From: an uncultured archaeon
Lineage (GTDB): Archaea > Iainarchaeota > Iainarchaeia > Iainarchaeales > GCA-2688035
DNA length: 64,000 nt
Reading direction: 5' to 3'
Assembly: GCA_964354805.1 (NCBI GenBank)
Contig: CAYHBD010000009.1
Span: 32,001-96,000 of the forward strand
A model generated the notes under the pieces. It saw only the letters and a list, made by a program, of their open reading frames with translations, had not been told where the DNA came from and did no database searches. Every line of letters begins with the position of its first letter. Position 1 is the stretch's first letter. Shown here one piece after another: positions 30,016 through 40,061 of this stretch. The position numbers and the translations under genes were made by a program.

Positions 30016-30825
30016 ATGAAAGCAAATGTTTTTTCTTTGGATGGAAAGAAACTGCACGCAATTGAATTGCCAGAGCAGTTCAATGCTTTTATTGACAGCA
30101 ACTTGATCAAGAGGGCTGTTTTGAGCATTGAAGCGGCTGCAATCCAGCCAAGAGGCAGCAACAAGAGGGCAGGCAGGGACAACACTGCAGAATACAGAAG
30201 CAGCAGATGGCTGCCCACATCAGAGAGAAGCATGAATGTCGGAAGGGCAAGGCTGCCAAGGCTAAAGAACAGGAGAGGCCTGCTTTATGGAAAGGTTGCA
30301 AGGGTTCCACAGGCAGTTGGAGGCCCTGCAGCGCATCCGCCAAAACTTGAAAAAAAGAGATGGGAGAAAATAAACAAAAAAGAGAAAAGGGCGGCACTCC
30401 GCTCTGCAATTGCAGCCTGCGCTGCAAAGAAGTTTGTTGAAAAACGGCATGTGCTGGACAAGGAAACAGAGCTGCCTGTTGTTGTAGAGGATGCTTTTGA
30501 AAAACTCGGCAAAACAAAACAGGTTGTAGAAGCATTTGAAGCATTGCATTTATTGCCTGATGTTGAAAACGCGAAGCTGAAAACAAGGAAGAGGGCAGGC
30601 AAGGGAAGCATGAGAGGGAGAAAGAAAAAGCAGAAGAAAAGCGTTTTGATTGTAACAAAGGAAAACAGCGCTGTTGCAAAAGCAGCCAGAAACATTCCAG
30701 GAGTTGAGTGCTGCGTTGTAAGAAATTTGAACGCAAAACTGCTTGCGCCTGGCAGCCTTCCCGGAAGGCTGACTGTCTGGAGCGAGGGCGCAATAAAAGA
30801 ACTGGCTGCAAAAGAGGGCAAGTAA
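30016..30825 (+). CDS. rpl4: 50S ribosomal protein L4
   Basis: VPQAVGG..AHPP, INKKEKR.AL.SA, RAGKG.MRGR, LAPG..PGRLT. Confidence 0.96.
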   Translation: MKANVFSLDGKKLHAIELPEQFNAFIDSNLIKRAVLSIEAAAIQPRGSNKRAGRDNTAEYRSSRWLPTSERSMNVGRARLPRLKNRRGLLYGKVARVPQAVGGPAAHPPKLEKKRWEKINKKEKRAALRSAIAACAAKKFVEKRHVLDKETELPVVVEDAFEKLGKTKQVVEAFEALHLLPDVENAKLKTRKRAGKGSMRGRKKKQKKSVLIVTKENSAVAKAARNIPGVECCVVRNLNAKLLAPGSLPGRLTVWSEGAIKELAAKEGK

Positions 30826-30932
30826 AAAAGAAATGGAAAAAATGTTTTTTTGAGGTCAATTAATTAAAAAATTTGAAAGGAAAAAGAGTGAAAAAAAATT
30901 TAAAAAAATAAAATTAAAAAATTGGTGAAAAA

Positions 30933-31238
30933 ATGCAGAAGAAATTGAGGCTATTGCAGCAGAAAGCCGGATCCACAATGCCGTTTGCCGAAGTGATTTA
31001 CTATCCTTTAATAAGCGAAAAGGCTGTCAACATGATTGAAAAAGAGAACAAGCTTTGCTTTATTGTTAACAAAAAGGCAACAAAGCCCGATGTCAGGAAC
31101 GCTGTTGAAAAGCAATTCAATGTAAGGGTTGACAGCGTAAGGGTTCTGAACGACAGGAAGGGCAGGAAGAAAGCGATTGTGAAAATAAACAAGGAATTCA
31201 AAGCTGATGCAATCGCAACAAGGCTTGGAGTAGTGTAA
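30933..31238 (+). CDS. rpl23: 50S ribosomal protein L23
   Basis: YPLISEKA...IEKENKL.F.V, KKAIV; start 30933 (SD GGTGA) or 30978. Confidence 0.95.
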   Translation: MQKKLRLLQQKAGSTMPFAEVIYYPLISEKAVNMIEKENKLCFIVNKKATKPDVRNAVEKQFNVRVDSVRVLNDRKGRKKAIVKINKEFKADAIATRLGVV

Positions 31239-31257
31239 ACGCAAACAGGTGGCATGA

Positions 31258-31980
31258 ATGGGCAAAAACCTAAGGCAGCAGAGAAGGGGCAAAGGAGGCA
31301 GCACTTTCCTAGCCAAAGGCAAAGGCATTAAAGCAACTTATGTTTCAATTGATGAAAAGCAGAAAAGCGGAATCCTGCAGGGCCAGGTCCTGGATTTGAT
31401 AAAAGAAAGCGGAAGAAACAGCATTCTTGCATTAATCCAATTGGAGGACAACAGCACAAACTATGTGATTGCGGCAGAAGGTGTTTCAATAGGGCAAAGC
31501 ATAGCGTTCGGAAAAAACGCTGAAATCGCGATTGGAAACGTTCTTCCATTGGGCCAGATTCCGGAAGGATGCCCGATCTTTGACATTGAAATGCGGCCCG
31601 GCGACGGCGGAAAGCTTGTTAAAGGAAGCGGGGTTTACGCTTTAATGGTCAGCAGGGGCAAGAAAACAGCAATGGTAAGGCTGCCGAGCGGAAAAACAGT
31701 TGAATTGAATTTGAACAACAGGGCAACAATCGGATGCAGCTCATGCGGCGGCAGAAAAGAAAAACCAATGGTCAAAGCAGGAACACACTTTCACTGGATG
31801 AAAGCAAGAAGCAGGCACTACCCAGGCTTGAGGGGAGTTGCAATGAACCCAATAGCACACCCATTCGGAGGCAGCCAGCATCACCCTGGAAAAAGCAAAA
31901 GCACGAGCAGGCACGCGCCACCAGGAAGAAAGGTCGGAGACATTGCAAGCAGCAGAACAGGAAGGAGAAAGAAAGGTTAG
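31258..31980 (+). CDS. rpl2: 50S ribosomal protein L2
   Basis: MGK.LRQQRRG, RGVAMNP..HPFGG, PPGRKVG.IA. Confidence 0.97.
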   Translation: MGKNLRQQRRGKGGSTFLAKGKGIKATYVSIDEKQKSGILQGQVLDLIKESGRNSILALIQLEDNSTNYVIAAEGVSIGQSIAFGKNAEIAIGNVLPLGQIPEGCPIFDIEMRPGDGGKLVKGSGVYALMVSRGKKTAMVRLPSGKTVELNLNNRATIGCSSCGGRKEKPMVKAGTHFHWMKARSRHYPGLRGVAMNPIAHPFGGSQHHPGKSKSTSRHAPPGRKVGDIASSRTGRRKKG

Positions 31981-31996
31981 AAGAGCGTGGTGTTGA

Positions 31997-32398
31997 ATGG
32001 CTAAAAAATTTACTTACAGGGGATTTGACTTGGAGCAACTCCAGCAGATGACAGTGCAGGAGTTCGCAAAAATCTGCAACAGCAGGCAGAGGCGCTCGCT
32101 CTTAAGGGGCTTTGACCGCCACCTGCTTAAAAAAATGGAGAAGGCAAGGGAAGCAATCAAGGCTGAAAAAAAGCAGCCTGTTGTTAGAACGCATTTGAGG
32201 GATGCAATAATAATTCCGCAAATGGTCGGATTGCTTTTCGGAATACACAAAGGCAGCGTATTCGAGGTTGTTGAAATTCAGCCCGAAATGCTTGGGCATT
32301 ACCTTGGGGAAATGGCACTGACAAGAAAGAAGATTACGCACGGAAAAGCGGGAATCGGCGCAACAAGAAGCAGCACAGCAATAACAGCAAGGAAGTGA
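31997..32398 (+). CDS. rps19: 30S ribosomal protein S19
   Basis: FTYRG, RTHLRD, PEMLGHYLGE, GIGATRSS. Confidence 0.97.
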   Translation: MAKKFTYRGFDLEQLQQMTVQEFAKICNSRQRRSLLRGFDRHLLKKMEKAREAIKAEKKQPVVRTHLRDAIIIPQMVGLLFGIHKGSVFEVVEIQPEMLGHYLGEMALTRKKITHGKAGIGATRSSTAITARK

Positions 32399-32478
32399 AG
32401 AAAAGAAAAAATTGGGATTCACAGAGGGCAAAGAAAAAGGGGACAGCAAGGAAGTGAAATAATTCAGGGAATTTTTTT

Positions 32479-32949
32479 ATGGCGAAGAAAAATTACCAAA
32501 TGCAGTTCAGCGACGAGAAAAAGATAGCGAAAGCAATCGCGGCAAACCAGCGAATTTCGACCAAATACGCTACGGAGATGTGCAGGGAAATAAAGGGAAA
32601 GCCGCTGGCGAAAGCTGTTGCAATGATCCAGAGGATAATGGAAAAGAAACAATACCTGCCGCTGCGAAAATACAACAAGGAAGTCGCCCACAGAAAAGGC
32701 GCTGCACTGAGCGGAACAAAAAGCGGAAGGTTCCCGGAAAGATGCTGCAAGGTTTTTCTCAAAGTATTGGACAGCGTGAAGGCAAACGCTGACTTCAAGG
32801 GCCTTGATGCAGAAAACCTGCTGATAGTGCACTGCTTTGCATCATATGGATTCAGGAGAAGGAGCATGCAGTCGAAAGGCAGAATCTCAGGAAAAACGAG
32901 GAAAAGCAAAAGCACCCACCTGGAAATAATCGTAAGAGAGGCGAAATAA
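32479..32949 (+). CDS. rpl22: 50S ribosomal protein L22
   Basis: IS.KYA.E.CR.IKG, GRFP, ANA.FKGLD, HLEII. Confidence 0.96.
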   Translation: MAKKNYQMQFSDEKKIAKAIAANQRISTKYATEMCREIKGKPLAKAVAMIQRIMEKKQYLPLRKYNKEVAHRKGAALSGTKSGRFPERCCKVFLKVLDSVKANADFKGLDAENLLIVHCFASYGFRRRSMQSKGRISGKTRKSKSTHLEIIVREAK

Positions 32950-32965
32950 ACATTGGTGAAAATAG

Positions 32966-33946
32966 ATGATTGAGAGAACATTCATTGAGCAGGGAATGAA
33001 GAAGATTGAGTTGCACAATTTCCTGAAGCAGCAGCTGGACAGGGCTGGCTTTACCGGCCTGGACATTGTGAAAACCCCCCTTGTTACAAGGATTGTTCTG
33101 CATGTTGCAAGGCCAGGCCTTGCGATTGGAAAAGGAGGCCAGAACATCAAGCAGTTGACCGAAGACATTGGGGCAAAATTCGGAATAGAGAACCCGCAGA
33201 TTGAAATACAGGACATCAAGCACCCGGAACTGGATGCAAAGGCAACGGTTGACAGGATGGTTGGATTGCTGCAAAGGGGCTACAGCTGGCGCTCGGTTTC
33301 ATTCAATGTTGTCAGAACAGTAATGGGCAGCGGGGCGCAGGGCATTGAATTGATTTTAAGCGGAAAACTGAGCGGAAAAGGCGGAAGAAAAAGAAGAACG
33401 AGGATAGCGCAGGGATATATGAAGAAAGTCGGGGACCAGGTTAAATTGGTTGATTACGCAAAGGCAAACGCTTACCCGAAAGCTGGAGCAATCGGAATAA
33501 AGCTGAGGATAATCCACCCTGAAACAGTATTCCCTGACAAGATTAACATAAAGGAATTGCTTGAAAAAAGGGAAGCGGCTGCAGCACAGGAAAAAGAGGC
33601 AGCGGTTGCAGCGGAAAAAGCCGCAAAAGAAAAGGAAGAGCAAAAAGCAAAAGAAGCTGAAAAAGAAAAAACTGAAAAAGCAGAAGAAGCTGAAAAAGCC
33701 GAGAAAAAGGAAGCTGAAAAGGAAAAGGCTGAGAAAAAGGGCAGGGAAAAGAAAGAGCAAGGGGAAAAGAAAAAAGAAAAAGCTGGCAAAGAAGAGAAAG
33801 CAGCAGGGCGAAAGGCAGAGAAAAAAGAAGAAAAGGAAAAAGAAGCTGAAAAGGCAGGCAAGGAAAAAATTGAAAACGAAGAGCGCAATGAAAAACACGC
33901 TGAGAAAAAGGAAGAAGAAGAGGCTGAAAAGGTGAGCGCTGAATGA
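32966..33946 (+). CDS. rps3: 30S ribosomal protein S3 with about 120-aa K/E/A tail
   Basis: RPGLAIGKGG, GAQG.E...SGKL, GIK.RI. Confidence 0.96.
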   Translation: MIERTFIEQGMKKIELHNFLKQQLDRAGFTGLDIVKTPLVTRIVLHVARPGLAIGKGGQNIKQLTEDIGAKFGIENPQIEIQDIKHPELDAKATVDRMVGLLQRGYSWRSVSFNVVRTVMGSGAQGIELILSGKLSGKGGRKRRTRIAQGYMKKVGDQVKLVDYAKANAYPKAGAIGIKLRIIHPETVFPDKINIKELLEKREAAAAQEKEAAVAAEKAAKEKEEQKAKEAEKEKTEKAEEAEKAEKKEAEKEKAEKKGREKKEQGEKKKEKAGKEEKAAGRKAEKKEEKEKEAEKAGKEKIENEERNEKHAEKKEEEEAEKVSAE

Positions 33947-34332
33947 AGCTGGGCGAAATGCGTTCAATGGCTTTGAGTGATGCAATTGAACAGTTAGCGC
34001 AGCTGAGAGCTGAATTGGCAAAGGAAAGGGCGGTTGTCGCGGGCGGGACAAGGCCAGAGAACCCTGGCAAAATAAGGCAGCTGAGGAAAACAATTGCAAG
34101 AATACTTACCATAATGAGGGAAAGGGAATTGAAAGGCGAAAAAATGCCGGCAGGCACAGCAGCCAAAGGGACAGCTGCAGCAGATGCAAAACAGCAGCCT
34201 GCTGCCACAGAGCGCAAGGGCTTGCTGCACAGGGTCATCAAGAGAAAAACATCAGAGAAACATGAGAATAAAAAGAGCGTTAAAGCAGTTAAAGAAAAGA
34301 AAAAAGAAACCAAAGGAAAAAGCAGGAGGTGA
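33943..34332 (+). CDS. rpl29: 50S ribosomal protein L29 with C-terminal extension
   Basis: ENPGKIRQLRKTIARILT. Confidence 0.95.
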   Translation: MKLGEMRSMALSDAIEQLAQLRAELAKERAVVAGGTRPENPGKIRQLRKTIARILTIMRERELKGEKMPAGTAAKGTAAADAKQQPAATERKGLLHRVIKRKTSEKHENKKSVKAVKEKKKETKGKSRR

Positions 34333-34342
34333 ATCAAAAAAG

Positions 34343-34645
34343 ATGGAAGAAATCTGCCAGAAATGCGGTTTGCCAAAGAGTTTGTGTGTTTGCCAGCAGA
34401 TTGCAAAGGAGCAACAGAAGATTAAGATCAGGGTTGACAACAGGCGGTTTGGAAAAGTGGTTACAATCGTAAGCGGCTTGAGCGAGGGCGTTGACGCAGC
34501 CGAATTGGCAAAGGCCCTGAAAAGGCGCCTTGCCTGCGGCGGAACACTGAAGAACAATGAAATAATTCTGCAGGGAAGCCACAAGGAAAAAGCGAAACAA
34601 ATTCTGCTGACACAGGGGTTTAAACAAGAGTTAATTGATGCTTAA
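34343..34645 (+). CDS. Translation initiation factor SUI1 (aIF1)
   Basis: C.KCGLP..LCVC, RRFGK.VT, LK.RLACGGT, LQG.H; SD GGAGGTGA. Confidence 0.95.
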   Translation: MEEICQKCGLPKSLCVCQQIAKEQQKIKIRVDNRRFGKVVTIVSGLSEGVDAAELAKALKRRLACGGTLKNNEIILQGSHKEKAKQILLTQGFKQELIDA

Positions 34646-34694
34646 GGAAAAAAAGAATGTGCAGAAACCGTTGGGAAAAAAAACGTGATTGGCA

Positions 34695-34982
34695 ATGCTT
34701 AAGGAAAAAAATTATTGCATAACAAAGCAGAACGCGGCAGCCCATGAATTGATCGGGCTGCATGCCGTTGTCAGTGAAAGCACTGACAAAAGCAGGGAAG
34801 GCATGCAAGGGAAAATAGTTGATGAAACAAAAAATTTGTTCATAATTGAAACGCAAAAAGGCGAAAAAAAACTGCCAAAAAGGGAAGTGAAACTGACAGT
34901 AACAATCGGAAAAGAAAATGTTTTGCTGGACTGCAGCAAACTGCAGAAAAGGCCGGAAGACAGGGTAAAATACTGGAGCTGA
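34695..34982 (+). CDS. rnp1: RNase P protein subunit p29 (Rnp1/Pop4)
   Basis: HELIGL, G..G.IVDET.N, PK, L..RPEDR. Confidence 0.93.
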   Translation: MLKEKNYCITKQNAAAHELIGLHAVVSESTDKSREGMQGKIVDETKNLFIIETQKGEKKLPKREVKLTVTIGKENVLLDCSKLQKRPEDRVKYWS

Positions 34983-35102
34983 AAAAAATAAAAGCAGGGG
35001 AAATAAGCGAAGAAAAAGAAAAAAATGAAAAAATTGCGGAAATTAAAAAAAAAGGAAAAATGAAATTAAATGATGTGGAGAGAAAAAATAAAAAATTAAA
35101 AA

Positions 35103-35146
35103 AAGCCTTTTTTCCTCACGGAAAAAAGCCTTGGGAAAAAGAAAAA
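35103..35146 (+). repeat. REP-like hairpin family copy
   Basis: AAGCC-TTTTTTCC-tcac-GGAAAAAA-GCCTT-ggg-AAAAAGAAAAA. Confidence 0.7.
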
Positions 35147-35157
35147 GAAGTGGTTTT

Positions 35158-35577
35158 ATGAAAGAAGGAAAGCAATCGGTTGAATGCAATGACAAGAGGT
35201 GCCCGGTGCATGGCAGCATCAGCGTAAGGGGCACTGTTTTCACAGGCGCTGTCGTCAGCGCAAAGCCGGATAAAACTGTCGTGGTCAAGAGGGCAATAGT
35301 GCAGTATGTCCCGAAATTCGAGAGATACAAGAAGACAAAAAGCAAAATCTATGCGCACAACCCTGCCTGCATTAACGCAAAAGAGAACGACATTGTCAAA
35401 GTCGGCGAAACAAGGCGGCTGAGCAAAACAAAGAGCTTTGTAGTGATGGAAATAATCGGGAAAAAGAAGGTAGTGGAAGCCGAAGAGGCGCGAATTGAAA
35501 GGAAAAGAAAAGACGAACAGGAAGCAGAGCGGAAAGAAGGAAAAGAGGAAGCCGGCGAAGAAGAGGGCAAAGAATAA
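35158..35577 (+). CDS. rps17: 30S ribosomal protein S17
   Basis: C.D..CP.HG..SVRG, KFERY, AHNP.C, ETR.LSKTKSF. Confidence 0.96.
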   Translation: MKEGKQSVECNDKRCPVHGSISVRGTVFTGAVVSAKPDKTVVVKRAIVQYVPKFERYKKTKSKIYAHNPACINAKENDIVKVGETRRLSKTKSFVVMEIIGKKKVVEAEEARIERKRKDEQEAERKEGKEEAGEEEGKE

Positions 35578-35623
35578 AGCGAGGGAAAAAAAGAGCAAAA
35601 AATTTTTGAGAGGCGGATAAGCT

Positions 35624-36022
35624 ATGAGGGCAATCAGTGCAACAATAACAAGGGGTCTGACGAAGAAAAGCAGGTGCTTTTGCGCAGACAACAGTGGGGC
35701 AAAGGAAGTTGAAATAATCAGCGTTTTCTGCCACAAGGGAAGCAAGAGAATGACACCAAAGGCAGGAATAGCCGACATGGTGAATGTTGTTGTGAAAAAA
35801 GGAAAGCCGGAGATAAGGAAAAAGGTTGAAAGGGCAGTTGTTATAAGAGTGAAAAAAGAATTCAGGAGGCCGGATGGCTCAAGAGTTAAATTTGATGACA
35901 ACGCTGTTGTTTTGGTTGATGAAAAAGGATTGCCGAAAGCAAGTGAAATAAAAGGCGTTGTTGCAAAAGAGGTTGGAGAGCGCTGGCCCAAGATTGCGGG
36001 AATCGCGGCAGCAATAATTTAG
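35624..36022 (+). CDS. rpl14: 50S ribosomal protein L14
   Basis: CADNSGAK, RRPDG.RVKFDDNA. Confidence 0.97.
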   Translation: MRAISATITRGLTKKSRCFCADNSGAKEVEIISVFCHKGSKRMTPKAGIADMVNVVVKKGKPEIRKKVERAVVIRVKKEFRRPDGSRVKFDDNAVVLVDEKGLPKASEIKGVVAKEVGERWPKIAGIAAAII

Positions 36023-36033
36023 GGGAATGTGTT

Positions 36034-36498
36034 ATGGCAATTGAATCAAGCAAACCAAAAAAGCAGAGGCTTTACCTTTACTCAAAGCCGCTGCACAAAA
36101 GGCAAAAGGACCTTTCAGGGCACCTGGGCAAAAAACTGAGGCAGGCGCTCGGCAGAAGGTCACTGCAGCTGCGGAAGGGAGACACAGTAAGGGTAATGAA
36201 AGGCGCAAAGCGGAAAAGCGAGGGCAAGATAATGAGCGTTGACTACAAAAAGAGCACAGTGTGCATTGAAAAGCTCACGAGAAAAAAAACAGACGGGACA
36301 GAGATACCACTGCAATTCAGGGCATGCAACCTGCTTGTAACTGATGTTGACAGGAGCGATTCAAGGAGATTTAAAAAACAGCCAAAGGGCGAAAAAGAGG
36401 GAGAGAAACACAAGGCAAAAACAGAAACAGGAAAAGCTGTTGCAGGCGTGAAAGCAAAAGAGAAGGAAGCAGCAAAAGGGGAAGCTGCAAAAAAATAG
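36034..36498 (+). CDS. rpl24: 50S ribosomal protein L24
   Basis: S.KP.KQR..LY..PLH, RKGDTV.VM.G. Confidence 0.95.
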   Translation: MAIESSKPKKQRLYLYSKPLHKRQKDLSGHLGKKLRQALGRRSLQLRKGDTVRVMKGAKRKSEGKIMSVDYKKSTVCIEKLTRKKTDGTEIPLQFRACNLLVTDVDRSDSRRFKKQPKGEKEGEKHKAKTETGKAVAGVKAKEKEAAKGEAAKK

Positions 36499-36566
36499 TT
36501 GAAGATGAGTGAAAAGGAAGAGGCTAAAAAAAAGCAGGGAGACAAATAAATAGTTGGTGATTTGTT

Positions 36567-37289
36567 ATGGCGAGAAAGGGCGGGAAAAAAAGCAATAAGA
36601 GGCTTGCTGCAAGCAAGGTAATGCAATTGCTGAGAAAAGAGTTCACCTGGACGATCAGGGCAAACAGCGGCCCGCACAGCGGGCAAAAGAGCATGCCGAT
36701 TGGCTTTGTTTTAAGGGATTTGCTGCATCTAGCCGCTAACCTGAAAGAAGTGAAATTCATCCTGAACAAGGGCCTTGTTTCTGTTGACGGCAGAACTGTT
36801 CGAGACTACAGATTTCCGGTAGGGTTGTTTGATTTGATTTCAACCAGCGCTGAAAACAAAACCCACAGGGTTTTGTTTGACAGGAAGGGAAGGCTGGCGC
36901 TTAAAGAGGAAAAAACAAACGTCAGGCAAAAACTGTGCAAGGTCATGGCAAAGGGCGTTGCGAAGAAAGGTTTGATTCAGCTGCATTCAAACGACGGCAG
37001 GACATTCAGCGTTAAAAAAAGCGATGCAAATATCGGCGACAGCCTGCTTGTCAGGGTTCCGGAGCAGAGCATTGAACAGCAGTTCAGGCTCGCTGCAGGA
37101 AACACAGTTCTTCTGACAGGCGGAACAAACGTGGGCATGGTTGCCTCAATCAAGAAAATAACCGAGGCAACAATGCAGAGGCAGAAGCTGATTGCGCTGT
37201 CAAGCGAGGGCAAAGATTTCCAGACAACGGAAAGCAATGTTTTTGTTGTAGGAGAAAAGAAGCCTGCAATAGAGGTAAAAGTTCAATAG
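36567..37289 (+). CDS. rps4e: 30S ribosomal protein S4e
   Basis: KRLAA, GPH, VDGR.VRD.RFPVGLFD, TGG.N.G. Confidence 0.96.
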   Translation: MARKGGKKSNKRLAASKVMQLLRKEFTWTIRANSGPHSGQKSMPIGFVLRDLLHLAANLKEVKFILNKGLVSVDGRTVRDYRFPVGLFDLISTSAENKTHRVLFDRKGRLALKEEKTNVRQKLCKVMAKGVAKKGLIQLHSNDGRTFSVKKSDANIGDSLLVRVPEQSIEQQFRLAAGNTVLLTGGTNVGMVASIKKITEATMQRQKLIALSSEGKDFQTTESNVFVVGEKKPAIEVKVQ

Positions 37290-37458
37290 GCAATGGAGCG
37301 AACGGAAGCAGAAATTGAATGAACGGGAAAAAGAAATTAGGGGGCAGGCGAAGAAAAGGAAGCATGATTGCACAGAAAGCAAATAAATGAAAAAAACAAA
37401 GAGCGGGTGAAGAAAAGGCATTTAATGCGGCAACATATAAAAAAAAAACGGAAAGTGA

Positions 37459-37980
37459 ATGGAAATGGATCAAGGCAATAAAATGCAGGAAATCGGCATT
37501 GAAAAAGTTACAGTAAACATGGGTGTCGGCGCTAACGCTGATGAAATGCACTCAGCCCAGAAAATAATTGAGAAAATCACAGGAAAGAAGGCGATTCAGA
37601 CAAAGTGCAGGGTAAAGCTGCCTAAGTGGAACATTAGGCCAGGACTGCCAATCGGCCTGAAGGTTACTTTGCGGTACAACGACGCTGCTGCCTTTTTGCT
37701 GAGAGCACTCAGCGCAAAGGACAACAAGCTGAGCAGCAGAAACTTTGACAACAACGGAAACTTCGGCTTCGGAATAAAGGAGTACATTGACCTGCCTGAT
37801 GTGAGATATGATCCATCTTTGGGCGTAAGGGGCTTTGATGTCCTAGTGACATTGCACAGGCCAGGCTACAGGGTTAAGAGAAGAAAGAGAAAGCCAGCAA
37901 AGATCGGAAAAAACCACGTGATTAAAAAACAGGAAGCGATTGCGTTTGTACAAAAAAAATTTGGAGTTGTTGTTGAATGA
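37459..37980 (+). CDS. rpl5: 50S ribosomal protein L5
   Basis: IEKV.VNMGVG, PIG.KVTLR, GNFGFGI.EYID, RPGYRV. Confidence 0.97.
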   Translation: MEMDQGNKMQEIGIEKVTVNMGVGANADEMHSAQKIIEKITGKKAIQTKCRVKLPKWNIRPGLPIGLKVTLRYNDAAAFLLRALSAKDNKLSSRNFDNNGNFGFGIKEYIDLPDVRYDPSLGVRGFDVLVTLHRPGYRVKRRKRKPAKIGKNHVIKKQEAIAFVQKKFGVVVE

Positions 37981-38132
37981 AAGAAAAGCGGGACATTAGG
38001 GAAGAGAAAAGGCACAGGAACTGCAGAATATGCAAGGGCAGGGCAGGCTTAATCAGAAAGTACGGATTGCACATCTGCAGGAGATGCTTCAAGGACGTTG
38101 CCGAAAGAATAGGATTCAAAAAATTCGATTGA
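37977..38132 (+). CDS. rps14: 30S ribosomal protein S14 (51 aa; not in ORF track)
   Basis: Manual translation ...[36 protein letters not shown]; ATGA overlap with rpl5. Confidence 0.95.
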   Translation: MKEKRDIREEKRHRNCRICKGRAGLIRKYGLHICRRCFKDVAERIGFKKFD

Positions 38133-38159
38133 GTGTGAAGGATAAGAAAGGTGGTTGTT

Positions 38160-38549
38160 ATGAGATTTGACCCTGTTGTTGACGCATTGGTTGCAATTAA
38201 AAACAGCGACAGCGCTGCAAAAAGGGAATGCATTGTCAGGCCCGCAAGCAAGCTGCTTGGCGCCGTGCTCAGGGTGATGCAGCAGAACGGATACATCAGC
38301 AACTTTGAGTTCATTGACGACGGAAGAGACGGCACTTTCAAGGTGCAGTTGCTTGGAAAAATAAACAACAGCAAGGCAATAAAGCCGCGCTATGCAGTCA
38401 AAAAAGATGAGTTTGAGAAATTCGAGAAACGCTTCCTGCCGGCAAGAGACATCGGAATTTTGATTGTCTCAACGCCGAAAGGGGTTTTGACCCACAGGGA
38501 AGCCAAAGAAAATGGAACCGGGGGCAGATTGCTTGCATTCATTTATTGA
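38160..38549 (+). CDS. rps8: 30S ribosomal protein S8
   Basis: [30 protein letters not shown]. Confidence 0.97.
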   Translation: MRFDPVVDALVAIKNSDSAAKRECIVRPASKLLGAVLRVMQQNGYISNFEFIDDGRDGTFKVQLLGKINNSKAIKPRYAVKKDEFEKFEKRFLPARDIGILIVSTPKGVLTHREAKENGTGGRLLAFIY

Positions 38550-38567
38550 ATTAAAAAAGTGGTTGAC

Positions 38568-39107
38568 ATGAGCGATAAAACAATCCAGAGAACAATTCAA
38601 TTGCCCGAGGGCTTTAATGCAAAGCTCAGCCAAAACAGCGTGGCAATCAAGTCGCCAAAAGGCGAAATGAGCAAAAACCTCAGCCCAAGAGGCATTTCAA
38701 TGCAATTGCAGGGCAACAGCATTGTGCTGCAGGGCAGCAGCCCGGGAAAGCGCACAAACGCTTTGCTGAACACGATTGCAACGCACATTCAAAACATGGT
38801 TAACGGGCTGCAGCAGCCATACCAGTACAGGCTGGTTGTTGTCTACAGCCACTTTCCAATGAATATTGCTGTAAAAGGAAACAGGGTTGAAATAAACAAT
38901 TTCACCGGAGAAAAGCACCCGAGGTATGCGGACATTCTGCCAAACGTGAGCGTTGAAATAAAAGGAAAAGAGATTTTTGTGAAAAGCCCGGACAGGGATG
39001 CAGCAGGGCAAACAGCCGCAAATCTTGAGAACGCGACAAAAGTCAGGGGCGGCAAAGACAGGAGAGTTTACCAGGACGGAATATTCATTGCGGAAAAACC
39101 GAAATAA
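38568..39107 (+). CDS. rpl6: 50S ribosomal protein L6
   Basis: YSHFP, NF.GEK.PR, GQTAANLE, DRRVYQDGI. Confidence 0.97.
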   Translation: MSDKTIQRTIQLPEGFNAKLSQNSVAIKSPKGEMSKNLSPRGISMQLQGNSIVLQGSSPGKRTNALLNTIATHIQNMVNGLQQPYQYRLVVVYSHFPMNIAVKGNRVEINNFTGEKHPRYADILPNVSVEIKGKEIFVKSPDRDAAGQTAANLENATKVRGGKDRRVYQDGIFIAEKPK

Positions 39108-39172
39108 GTTAGCTGGCAAAAGGAAAAGGGAAAAAAGCTGAAGAAAAAAAAAGTTTTAATGGTGAATAAAAA

Positions 39173-39868
39173 ATGGCTGAAAAGAAAATTGCGGGCAAGG
39201 AAAAGGAAGAGAAAGAGACTGCAAAGGCAAAAGAAAAAACTGCAGCCAAGGGAATTGAAGAGAAAAAAGCAGAGAAGGGAAAAGAAAAAATTGCCGGAAA
39301 GGGAATTGAAGAGAAAGAAATAGGAGAGAGAAAAGAGAAGGCGCCTGAAGAAAAGGAAGCCGCAAAAGGAAAGGAGAGGGCAGTGGGAGAAAAGAAAGCA
39401 GGGAAAGATGAAAAGGCAGCTGGGAAAGGGGAGCCAAAGAAAAAGAGAAAAATTCTTGAAAGGGTTGAATTGAAAAAAGTGTCAAAAGGAAAGCAGGTGA
39501 AGCGCTTGAGGGCGCTTGTCAAGCTGAAAAAGCGCAGGATGTTCAGGGGAAGGTTCGGCAACAGAAGCGTGAGGCGAGTCAGCAAGGAAAAATGGCAGAG
39601 ATGGCGAATGCCAAGAGGCATGGACATTCATCACAGGAGAGAGGACGGCCTGTTTCCAAAAACAGGTTACAGGACGCCTGCTTTGATCAGGGGAGTGCAT
39701 CCAAGCGGCTTCAGGCAGCAGATTGTGAGGAATGTTGCTGAAATTGAAGCTGTTGCATCAAAAAAGGACAGCGTTGCTGCAATGATTTCAGGCACTGTTG
39801 GAAGAAAGAAAAGGGTTGCAATTCTGCGAAAAGCAAACGAGCTTGGAGTGTTTGTTTTAAACAGGTGA
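39173..39868 (+). CDS. rpl32e: 50S ribosomal protein L32e with about 95-aa repetitive K/E N-terminal extension
   Basis: WR.PRG.D, P.TGYRTP..IRGVHPSG, VG.KKR..I. Confidence 0.92.
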   Translation: MAEKKIAGKEKEEKETAKAKEKTAAKGIEEKKAEKGKEKIAGKGIEEKEIGERKEKAPEEKEAAKGKERAVGEKKAGKDEKAAGKGEPKKKRKILERVELKKVSKGKQVKRLRALVKLKKRRMFRGRFGNRSVRRVSKEKWQRWRMPRGMDIHHRREDGLFPKTGYRTPALIRGVHPSGFRQQIVRNVAEIEAVASKKDSVAAMISGTVGRKKRVAILRKANELGVFVLNR

Positions 39869-40061
39869 ATGGAAAAAAAAGGTGTGTAAAAAAAAAGCAA
39901 AACGAAAAAGAGGGCAGCAAAAGAAAAAAAATTGTTTTAACTGGTGTGATGAAAAAGGCGAATATGTAAAAAAAAAAAGCAAAACGAAAAATTGTTTTAA
40001 ATGGGTGAATGAAAAAAAGAGGGCTGTAAAAGAAAAAATTGTTTTTGATTGGTGAAGCAAA

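Noticed and set aside
33356-34406. Long minus-strand F/S/L-rich ORFs (also 42079-43284, 57388-58536 and others)
   Set aside because: Shadows of purine-rich plus-strand genes and spacers.
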